Notes under the pieces: model-generated
The model's database searches: none
What the model saw: only the letters and a program-made list of their open reading frames with translations
What the model was told of the DNA's origin: nothing
Position numbers and translations under genes: made by a program
Part shown: one piece after another, positions 25,170 through 32,000 of the stretch
Numbering within the stretch: position 1 is the stretch's first letter
Layout of the letters: each line of letters opens with the position of its first letter
NCBI GenBank assembly: GCA_029856625.1
Contig: JAHKLG010000001.1
Span: 20,361 to 52,360 of the forward strand
Direction of reading: 5' to 3'
Origin: Candidatus Njordarchaeota archaeon
Lineage (GTDB): Archaea > Asgardarchaeota > Njordarchaeia > Njordarchaeales > Njordarchaeaceae
Length of the DNA stretch: 32,000 bases

Positions 25170-28100
25170 ATGTACTTTGAGATTCCGAAAAAATTAGCAA
25201 GCATACGTTTTGGAATATTCTCACCAGAGGATATTAGAAAGTTAGCAGTAGTTCGAGTTGATCAACCCACCCTATATGATGAAGAAGGAAGAGGTTTTCC
25301 TGGTAGTCCCCTAGACAGAAGATTAGGTGCACCTGATAATAGAGAACGTTGCGAGTATTGTGGACTTAGAAGGAGAGAAGGAGAAACAGGTTGCATAGGA
25401 CATTTTGGATACATTTCTCTTGCAATGCCGGTTTATCATCTTGGATTTGTCAAACAGATTGAGAAGATCTTAAACGCTATTTGTGAGAAGTGTGGTCGAT
25501 TAACTCTCCCACCCGAAAAGCGCGAAAAATACTGGGCTAGAATGAAAGAATTTATTGAGAGGTATGGATATCCAAGCTTAGAGATCGCTAAAGAGGTATT
25601 AAGTGAGGCTATAAAGGAAAAGAAATGTCATATTTGTGGACATGAGAAAAAGGGAAAATTCATCTGGTCTAAGGATTATTTAACTTTCATTAAGCGTATT
25701 GAGGTGTCGAGTGAAAAAATTGAGGAATTAAAGAAATTGGAGAGGAGAGAGTTCTTTTTCCAATCATTTAATAGAAGAAAGCCAAGGATCGTTAAGGGTC
25801 GAGGAAATAAATATTATGAGCATAGATATTTAACGGCAGAGCAGATTAGGCAGATTCTTGAAATGATTTATGATCCTAAGGAAGATATGTCTCCAGAAGA
25901 AAGAGAAGAAAGGAGAAAAGATGTTTTCTTGATGGGATTTCATCCCGACTACGCATTACCTCAATGGACTATACTAAAGGACTTACCAGTCCCCCCTATA
26001 ACTGTACGACCGCCGGTAATTACAGCTGATGGCAAGAGGTCAGAAGACCATTTGACAATTACACTTCGTGATATTGTAAGAATAAATGAACAGCTTAAGA
26101 ATAAACTGAGAGGAGGACCTTCACCAGTAATCGAATCTAATTGGCAGAAACTTCAAAAACTGGTAATGGCACTGTTTGGTCTTCATAGAGTAGGCGAGAT
26201 AAAGTTAGAGAGTCTTTATGTTAAAGGTATTGTTCATAGGTTATCTGGTAAGGAGGGTAGATTCCGACATAATCTGAGCGGTAAGAGGGTTGATTATTCG
26301 GGCAGAGCAGTGATTTCCCCAGATCCTTATTTGAGTATTGATGAGATAGGTGTTCCAGAAAAGATGGCCCGAATTCTTCTTGTTCCAGAAGTTGTTAATG
26401 AGCTTAATATAGAACGACTGAGACAATTAGTCATTAATGGGCCGGATAATTACCCTGGAGCAGTATTTATCTGGCAGAAAAAAGGAGAGATTTATCAGAA
26501 GATTTCCTTAGAAGTTTTTAAAGGTGTAGAGGAAAGAAAAGCAAAAGCACTAGAATTAAAACCAGGAGACATAGTAGAGAGACACCTAATGGATGGCGAT
26601 ATTCTAGTATTTAATAGACAGCCAACGCTCCATAGGATATCCATGATGGGGCACTATGTAAGGGTTCTTCCATACAATACCTTAAGGCTGCATCTTCACG
26701 CATGTCCACCATATAACGCTGATTTTGATGGAGATGAGATGAATGTTCATCTGCCAAGGTCTCTGGAGACGCGTGCAGAGATATCAACAATAATGGAGGT
26801 TAAGAGGCATATCATAACACCTAGGTATGGAGGGCCGATCGTTGGTCCGAAACAAGATTACATAACGGGAGCTTATCTCCTGACCAAAGATGATGTATTA
26901 TTATCTAAGGAAGAGGCGTCGCAACTATTATTTTATGCTGGAATTAATTATTTACCCGAGCCCACGACAATTCTTGGTAATAAACCATATTGGAGTGGTC
27001 GGGATATTTTCTCACAGATAATTCCCCGGTATATTTTCTATGAGCGAGAAATTAAGAGCACTCTTTGTGGTAAGAAGGAGCAGGGTAAATGCAAGGTTAA
27101 GATATGGAATGGAAAAATACTCGAAGGGGTTATTGATAAAAACGCTATTGGCGCTGAGAAACCCGAAAACCTGATCCAAAGAATCATTGATAGATGGGGG
27201 TACGATGCAGGTAAGAAATTCCTAAATAGCATGGGTGCTATGATAATCAGATACCTGACAGATAGAGGATTTAGCTTAACTCTCTGGGATGTTAGACTAC
27301 CCAAGGAGGCCAAGGATAGGATAAGGGAGATATTACACGAATATGTGGAGAAGGCAAACAAATTAGTGATGCAGTACTTAGAGGGAAGATTAGAGCCAGA
27401 TCCAGGAAAGACTGTAGAAGATACATTCGAGGATAGACTAATAGAAATTCTCGATGAAGCTAGGACTAAGGCTGGAGAAGTAGTGATGAAGTGCATGCCA
27501 ATGGATAGTCAATTTATGGTAATGACTGTCACAGGAGCGCGTGGCGATGAAACGAATATTCAGCAGGTATTAGCTTGTATCGGTCAGCCAGTAGTTAGAG
27601 GAAAGCGTTTAAGGAGAGGCTACGATCAGCGTACATTACCACATTTCAAGAAAGGAGATGTTGGTCCTTATGCCGGTGGCTTCACTATTAACAGCTTTAC
27701 TTCTGGTATGTCTCCTATAGAGTACTTCTTCCATAATGCAGGTGGTAGAGATAGCTTAGTAGACACTGCCGTTAGAACCGCAGACAGCGGTTACTTCTAT
27801 AGACGGTTAGTTAATGCTCTTCAAGATAGTAGAATAGAGTACGATGGTACAGCTAGAATGATGAGCGGTCATATTATACAATTTAAGTATGGTGGAGACG
27901 GCATTCATCCTGGAAAAAGTTTCCATGGAAAACTCATGGATTACGAATCCCTCTTCTATGAGTTGCTCGTGAAGCGAGAAGAGAACAGTAAAAAAGCAAA
28001 GAAAACAAGAAAGCAGTGGCCTAAGTATTATAATAGGGTGATCAGTACTTTAGCTGAGAAAACATCCAAAGCAGTTGCCGAGGAGGTTAAAAGCATATTC

Positions 28101-29225
28101 CAGAAAATGCTAAAGAAAGGCTACGTATTAACTGAGGAGGAAGCTGAAGAATACTTAAAGAGGGTGCTAGAAAAGTTCTTACGGGCCCAAATTGATCCAG
28201 GGGAGGCGGCGGGGACAGTAGCTGCACAATCAGTGAGCGAACCCGCAACACAATTAACGCTTAGAACATTTCACTGGGCGGGAGTAGCGGCATTTAGCAT
28301 TACCACTGGTCTCCCCAGGCTTAAGGAAATATTTGATGCGGTTGAAAAACCGAGCACTCCGATGATATCAGCGTATCTAACTGATGAATATAGAAAAAGT
28401 AAGAGAAAATCTGAGAAAATATTCAATAAAATAAGAGCCGTGACTATTCTTCATCTCATCAAGCAAGATGGATTGCAAATAGAACCCGGTGAAAACAGGA
28501 TAAAAGTAGTTTTAAGTAGAGAAAGACTAAGACAACACAAGCTTTTACCAGAAGATATTAAATCATCTATTGAGAAAATCGGAAAGGTGCGCGTTGAGAG
28601 CCCAAGTACCTATGTATTATATGTTTACCCAGCGGACTCAAACATAACTCTTACAGAAATCTATAGAAAATTGAGAGAGAGGGTCTTTAAGGGAGTAAAA
28701 GAGTATGAAAGAGCACAACTTAGAAAATCAGAGGAATTTGATGAATATTATATTGTTATAGCCGGATCCGATATCACACATCTCCTATATGTAGAAGGCA
28801 TTGATATTTCGCGACTCGAAACAAATAACATCCACGTCTTTGCCAAGATCTTCGGTATCGAGGCGGCGAGGAGGTTAATAGCGAAAGAAGCTAAGAATGT
28901 TCTAGATCAGTACGGTTTAGATGTTGACATGCGCCATATTCTCTACATAACGGATGTAATGACGATGCATGGTCGTATAGAGGCTATAGGGAGATATGGA
29001 ATTGCAGGAAAGAAATTAAGCGTATTAGCAAGGGCAGCGTTTGAGGAAACTGGGAAACATCTCTTCAGAGCTGCTGCTGCAGGAATGATAGATCCCTTAC
29101 TGGGAGCAACCGAAAACGTCATTGTAGGAGGTATCCCGCCCGTGGGTACAGGGATGGTTAAACTCGGTTTCTCGAAAAGGTTAGGGATTCCTAAGCGTTC
29201 TAACGATAGAAAAGCTAGCTCTTAA
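25170..29225 (+). CDS. rpoA: DNA-directed RNA polymerase largest subunit, unsplit (A' + A'' in one ORF)
   Basis: Zn sites 'CEYCG...CIGHFG' and 'CEKCG...CHICG', 'KEGRFRHNLSGKRVDYSGRAVISPDP', 'NRQPTLHRISMM', the catalytic 'NADFDGDEMNVH' and the bridge helix 'GGRDSLVDTAVRTADSGYFYRRLVNAL'. The frame then runs without interruption into the A''-type trigger loop 'GEAAGTVAAQSVSEPATQLTLRTFHWAGV' and 'GIEAARRLI'. The start is placed at ATG 25170 ('MYFEIPKK', GGGGAG upstream); the track ORF starts at TTG 25113. Confidence 0.9.
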   Translation: MYFEIPKKLASIRFGIFSPEDIRKLAVVRVDQPTLYDEEGRGFPGSPLDRRLGAPDNRERCEYCGLRRREGETGCIGHFGYISLAMPVYHLGFVKQIEKILNAICEKCGRLTLPPEKREKYWARMKEFIERYGYPSLEIAKEVLSEAIKEKKCHICGHEKKGKFIWSKDYLTFIKRIEVSSEKIEELKKLERREFFFQSFNRRKPRIVKGRGNKYYEHRYLTAEQIRQILEMIYDPKEDMSPEEREERRKDVFLMGFHPDYALPQWTILKDLPVPPITVRPPVITADGKRSEDHLTITLRDIVRINEQLKNKLRGGPSPVIESNWQKLQKLVMALFGLHRVGEIKLESLYVKGIVHRLSGKEGRFRHNLSGKRVDYSGRAVISPDPYLSIDEIGVPEKMARILLVPEVVNELNIERLRQLVINGPDNYPGAVFIWQKKGEIYQKISLEVFKGVEERKAKALELKPGDIVERHLMDGDILVFNRQPTLHRISMMGHYVRVLPYNTLRLHLHACPPYNADFDGDEMNVHLPRSLETRAEISTIMEVKRHIITPRYGGPIVGPKQDYITGAYLLTKDDVLLSKEEASQLLFYAGINYLPEPTTILGNKPYWSGRDIFSQIIPRYIFYEREIKSTLCGKKEQGKCKVKIWNGKILEGVIDKNAIGAEKPENLIQRIIDRWGYDAGKKFLNSMGAMIIRYLTDRGFSLTLWDVRLPKEAKDRIREILHEYVEKANKLVMQYLEGRLEPDPGKTVEDTFEDRLIEILDEARTKAGEVVMKCMPMDSQFMVMTVTGARGDETNIQQVLACIGQPVVRGKRLRRGYDQRTLPHFKKGDVGPYAGGFTINSFTSGMSPIEYFFHNAGGRDSLVDTAVRTADSGYFYRRLVNALQDSRIEYDGTARMMSGHIIQFKYGGDGIHPGKSFHGKLMDYESLFYELLVKREENSKKAKKTRKQWPKYYNRVISTLAEKTSKAVAEEVKSIFQKMLKKGYVLTEEEAEEYLKRVLEKFLRAQIDPGEAAGTVAAQSVSEPATQLTLRTFHWAGVAAFSITTGLPRLKEIFDAVEKPSTPMISAYLTDEYRKSKRKSEKIFNKIRAVTILHLIKQDGLQIEPGENRIKVVLSRERLRQHKLLPEDIKSSIEKIGKVRVESPSTYVLYVYPADSNITLTEIYRKLRERVFKGVKEYERAQLRKSEEFDEYYIVIAGSDITHLLYVEGIDISRLETNNIHVFAKIFGIEAARRLIAKEAKNVLDQYGLDVDMRHILYITDVMTMHGRIEAIGRYGIAGKKLSVLARAAFEETGKHLFRAAAAGMIDPLLGATENVIVGGIPPVGTGMVKLGFSKRLGIPKRSNDRKASS

Positions 29226-29787
29226 GCAAATCCTCAGCGACGGCTACTACCAGAATATCCTCAAGGGTCTCCTCTAGACTTTTCTTAGCCTTTCTCTCCT
29301 CCTGATTAACCTCTGTACTTTCTATGGCTTTCAGTTCAGGTAATTCTATTTCACGAATTTCACTTCCTCTACTTTTTACTGTAGACACTGGTGTCATAGT
29401 TTGAACAGAAGCTTGTGAGATTATATCACTGATTCTTTGAGCTTGCATGATATTTTCATTGAGTTTTCCGATAAGCGAATTAAGCACAGATACTAATTCC
29501 CTTAATTCTCTGATTGTTTTCAAATTGCTTGCTTTTTTCGGTTGCTGCTTCCTCGCGATTCTTTTTTCTCGCACCGCTCGCTTCCCAAAGAGTCTCTTAT
29601 AAAAATCTTCGAAGGCTTGTGCAATCACTTCCTCAATCGGGATACTTAATACCTCGGATGCGTCAATCATTTTCTCGTAGAGGTCTTTCGAGAATACAAG
29701 CATTACCTTCACAAGGTTTCTGTCCCGATCTTCATGAACGATTTTAGAATAAGGATCTAGAGACGCGTAGTTCAATCCGAATCCCAT
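29215..29787 (-). CDS. Ribbon-helix-helix-like domain protein with a long charged/coiled C-terminal region
   Basis: 'VKVMLVFSKDLYEKMIDASEVLSIPIEEVIAQAFEDFY' has strand-helix-helix (CopG/RHH-like) spacing. The rest is Lys/Glu-rich and helical. The start is placed at 'MGFGL' (29787) because the longer ORF (to 29850) runs into the SRP RNA. Confidence 0.45.
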   Translation of the reverse strand: MGFGLNYASLDPYSKIVHEDRDRNLVKVMLVFSKDLYEKMIDASEVLSIPIEEVIAQAFEDFYKRLFGKRAVREKRIARKQQPKKASNLKTIRELRELVSVLNSLIGKLNENIMQAQRISDIISQASVQTMTPVSTVKSRGSEIREIELPELKAIESTEVNQEERKAKKSLEETLEDILVVAVAEDLLKS

Positions 29788-29806
29788 ATAATTAATAGAG
29801 AGTTTA

Positions 29807-30167
29807 GGGGGCACGGCAGTCCCCGGTGGGGAAGCCTCCCGCCCCCACAATTCCGAGCCTTAACTCCTCCCCGCGATATCCCGGAGCACAGAGGCGCCGG
29901 GTTAGGCGCGCTCCCTTCCGGGCCTACGCCGATTCCCCGCCGCCATAAATCGGGCCCATAGCTACCCGCCTTCCAGCGGGTAACTATGGGCACGCCCCTG
30001 TCCCCGGGAGGCGGGGAGTCATTGTCTCGGCTCGGAATCTAGGGGCGGGTTTTAACTCCCCCCTCCGGGGATTTTCGGGCCCGCCGTATCGGGGATTTGC
30101 GGCCGGAACCCCTACAGGGGCTCCGGGAGGGACCCCGAGCCCCTCGCCCTAGCCGTGCCATTCCCCC
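29807..30167 (-). ncRNA. Signal recognition particle RNA (archaeal 7S/SRP RNA)
   Basis: G+C-rich island (about two-thirds G+C on a line I counted, against about one-quarter in the flanks). On the minus strand the ends pair (GGGGGAAUGGCACGGC with GCCGUGCCCCC). The helix-6-like hairpin 'GCCCAUAGUUACCCGCUGGAAGGCGGGUAGCUAUGGGC' carries a GGAA tetraloop (about 29953-29993). The helix-8-like apex is 'GUAGGCCCGGAAGGGAGCGC' (29910-29924), compared with the universal SRP 'AGGUCCGGAAGGAAGCAGC'. Long complementary helix-5 strands are present, e.g. AUUCCGAGCC/GGCUCGGAAU at 30029-30038 and 29850-29859. Confidence 0.85.
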
Positions 30168-30193
30168 GTGTAATTATATTCGCTATCCTACAA

Positions 30194-30201
30194 TTATATA
30201 A
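30194..30201 (-). promoter_or_regulatory. Candidate TATA box for the SRP RNA gene
   Basis: The minus strand reads TTATATAA about 27-34 nt upstream of the first G of the predicted SRP RNA. This is close to, though slightly upstream of, the usual archaeal TATA position, so the true 5' end may be a few nt upstream. Confidence 0.4.
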
Positions 30202-30333
30202 GAATATATCTCACTTGAACACTTTAATTTTTCTGATAGAAGATCACTAGACATATTTTTGCCAGAGATTTGAAGAGAGATAAAATTATTTATCGTTTAA
30301 GGATTTTAACAAATCAAGAATTAAACAATTAAT

Positions 30334-30351
30334 ATTCTTGGGGTCAAGAAT
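30334..30351 (-). terminator. Hairpin downstream of the Zn-ribbon/ef1b operon (terminator-like)
   Basis: Minus strand: ATTCTTG-ACCC-CAAGAAT (7-bp stem, 4-nt loop) begins about 17 nt after the ef1b stop. It is followed by the T-rich AUUAAUUGUUUAAUUCUUGAUUUGUU. A third copy of the arm (30315-30321) allows an alternative pairing. Confidence 0.3.
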
Positions 30352-30367
30352 TTGTTTCCTTGCGTTT

Positions 30368-30649
30368 TCATATCCTAGTTATTGATTGGATTTCCATGCT
30401 TACGCCCTCTATACTGGCAAATAAATCTTCTAGTTGTTTCACTTTTCCCTCTTCTTCTGGTATTATAAAGATAGCCACTAATTTATTAATACCGAAAGCT
30501 AGAGGCTCTATCTTGTAATCTTTTAGCTCTATATCACTTGGCAACCTTTCCTTTATCGTTTCTAACACATTCTCTAAATTCACATCAGGATCATCTGGGT
30601 AAATCTCAACTAAGACTGCATTATACGCAACCATAATTATCACCTTCAT
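30368..30649 (-). CDS. ef1b: Translation elongation factor aEF-1 beta
   Basis: About 90-aa protein. 'VLVEIYPDDPDVNLENVLETIKERLP...IEPLAFGINKLVAIFIIPEEEG...IEGVSMEIQSITRI' matches the archaeal EF-1beta pattern. The real start may be ATG 30634 (AAGGTGAT SD upstream). Confidence 0.85.
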   Translation of the reverse strand: MKVIIMVAYNAVLVEIYPDDPDVNLENVLETIKERLPSDIELKDYKIEPLAFGINKLVAIFIIPEEEGKVKQLEDLFASIEGVSMEIQSITRI

Positions 30650-30913
30650 CTATGGGTATTCATATCCGCATACCGGGCATTTTGCTGTATTACCGGCTTT
30701 TCGACACTTAGAGCAACGAATAATTATTCCTTCGCCGCAATTCGGGCACTGAAGAGCGATTGCTCCAATATCTCTGGGAGATATTACTTTTCCACAAGAG
30801 GAGCATCTAGGCATCTCAATATACCTAGGCTCAGTTACACTTCTTCTATCTCTTATTGTCGGCATTTCTTTTTCTTCTTCTCTTGCCAATCTAAAGAGCT
30901 CGGCAACTTTCAT
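30650..30913 (-). CDS. Multi-Zn-ribbon protein (COG2888-type, usually encoded upstream of aEF-1beta)
   Basis: 87 aa with four CxxC pairs: 'CSSCG', 'CPNCG', 'CSKCR', 'CPVCG'. Its stop codon directly abuts the ef1b ORF. AGGTGGGAG SD upstream. Confidence 0.7.
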   Translation of the reverse strand: MKVAELFRLAREEEKEMPTIRDRRSVTEPRYIEMPRCSSCGKVISPRDIGAIALQCPNCGEGIIIRCSKCRKAGNTAKCPVCGYEYP

Positions 30914-30950
30914 GCTCCCACCTTATGAAAAGTTTTAATGATATTAATGT

Positions 30951-32000
30951 GTGAAGAAACTCTTGATGCTGTTATATAAATTTTGGGGATTTATGATGAA
31001 TCGGGAGAATTTTATTAGAAGCTTGAAGCCAGTACATGATATCAAATTGCGTAAAAATATGCTAATTTCGGAGCTCATTCAAGAATTTTCGAAGATTGGT
31101 GGATTTGTAGCGAAAAAAGTATATGAAGCGGCGAGGATTCTTGAGGATATGCTACTAGACGATAAAAGTGTGAACTTCCTATCCTTTCCAGCAGCAATAA
31201 TAGCTACTGGTTTACGAGGAGTAATTGTAGAAATTATCAAGAGGGGGTTCTTCGACGTAATAATAACTACCTGTGGAACGATTGATCATGATATCGCTAG
31301 GCTATATAAGAACTATTATCAAGGATATTTTGAGGCTGATGATGTGTGGTTAAGCGAAATGGATATACACAGACTTGGGAGCATCTTTATTCCAGTAGAG
31401 AGTTATGGGTTACCCATAGAGAAATTGACGAAAAAGTTAGTGGATGAATTAGTTACTAGAGGAATAGAGAAAGCATCATCTAGAGAGATTATTTGGATTT
31501 TAGCAGATATGATTGATCGGGAAGTAAAAAATAAAGAAGAGAGTATAATTTGGTGGGCTAAGAAGAGAGGAATTCCAATATATGTGCCAGGCATAACAGA
31601 TGGTGCATTCGGTTATCAGCTATGGCTTTTTACTAGAAACAAACGTATTCTAGTAGATATATTCAAAGATGAAACGGAACTAGCGGAGATAATATATAAC
31701 TCAGAAAGAACAGGAGCTCTTGTGATAGGAGGAGGAATTTCCAAGCATCACGTAATCTGGTGGAATCAGTTTAAAAACGGGTTAGACAGGGCTGTATACA
31801 TAACAACAGCCGTGGAGTGGGATGGCTCTCTCTCTGGTGCTCGAACACGGGAAGCGATATCTTGGGGGAAAATCGCTAAAAGAGCACAACACGTAACTGT
31901 TGAAGGAGATGCTACTTTAATTTTACCTCTCTTAGCGAGTTACCTAATAGATAAAGTTAATGAGAGAGAGAATAGATCATTAAGTTCTTTTTTAACATAA
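30951..32000 (+). CDS. dys: Deoxyhypusine synthase
   Basis: 'GGGISKHH' followed by 'EWDGSLSGARTREAISWGKI', which contains the catalytic lysine motif. The real start is probably ATG 30993 ('MMNREN') rather than GTG 30951. The stop is at 31998-32000. Confidence 0.9.
   Translation: MKKLLMLLYKFWGFMMNRENFIRSLKPVHDIKLRKNMLISELIQEFSKIGGFVAKKVYEAARILEDMLLDDKSVNFLSFPAAIIATGLRGVIVEIIKRGFFDVIITTCGTIDHDIARLYKNYYQGYFEADDVWLSEMDIHRLGSIFIPVESYGLPIEKLTKKLVDELVTRGIEKASSREIIWILADMIDREVKNKEESIIWWAKKRGIPIYVPGITDGAFGYQLWLFTRNKRILVDIFKDETELAEIIYNSERTGALVIGGGISKHHVIWWNQFKNGLDRAVYITTAVEWDGSLSGARTREAISWGKIAKRAQHVTVEGDATLILPLLASYLIDKVNERENRSLSSFLT

Noticed and set aside
29772-29993. 73-aa minus-strand ORF (Pro/Gly/Arg-rich), together with the N-terminal extension of ORF 29215-29850 ('MWGREASPPGTAVPPK...')
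   Set aside because: Both lie inside the G+C-rich SRP RNA. The open frames are a by-product of high GC content, and the amino-acid composition is non-protein-like.
29807-30167. Alternative reading of the G+C-rich island as RNase P RNA or a cluster of tRNAs
   Set aside because: No GAGGAAAGUCC-type CR-I or other RNase P core motif and no cloverleaf-sized units are visible. The GGAA-capped helix-6 and helix-8 pair, the AGC loop next to the helix-8 tetraloop and the long helix 5 all fit SRP RNA on the minus strand.
1-32000. Looked for CRISPR arrays, IS or transposase genes, integrases, tRNA genes, long direct or inverted repeats and compositional islands indicating a mobile or defence locus
   Set aside because: None were seen. 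The only compositional anomaly is the SRP RNA, and the only repeated short motif noted is the CAAGAAT/ATTCTTG triplet of the ef1b terminator-like hairpin.

Overview
Densely packed archaeal chromosomal segment with about 31 protein genes on both strands. Coding DNA is AT-rich, while the single structural RNA is very G+C-rich, the usual signature of a (hyper)thermophile with a low-GC genome. Most genes are housekeeping. Information processing: uL23, uS9, Rpo7/RpoE', AspRS, exosome Csl4, a PIN-ATPase-KH protein, TFS, a TtuA/Ncs6-type tRNA thiolase, Topo VI subunit B, an unsplit RNA polymerase subunit A, aEF-1beta with its Zn-ribbon partner, and deoxyhypusine synthase. Others: AglB oligosaccharyltransferase, ornithine carbamoyltransferase, an M24 Xaa-Pro peptidase and a presenilin-type intramembrane protease. 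One ncRNA is clear: an SRP (7S) RNA of about 361 nt on the minus strand (29807-30167). I found no tRNA, rRNA, CRISPR array, transposase/integrase or long repeat, so this is not an obvious mobile or defence island. Seven things deserve a second look. (1) The RNAP largest subunit is a single fused A'+A'' gene standing alone, away from any rpoH/rpoB context, and it carries a clamp-region insertion. (2) An asparagine-synthetase-like protein with all catalytic motifs replaced overlaps the stop codon of top6B, in the position where top6A is often found. (3) An MglA-type small GTPase has no Roadblock/MglB partner nearby. (4) A THUMP-domain protein with a degenerate methyltransferase half sits between two isolated ribosomal-protein genes. 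(5) A 630-aa signal-peptide-less protein is built from about five beta-sandwich modules and lies next to a TPR protein and small membrane proteins. (6) Canonical archaeal operons are broken up across the window. (7) An RHH-domain gene starts about 20 nt after the SRP RNA 3' end. All protein calls rest on by-eye motif recognition in the supplied translations; no searches were run.
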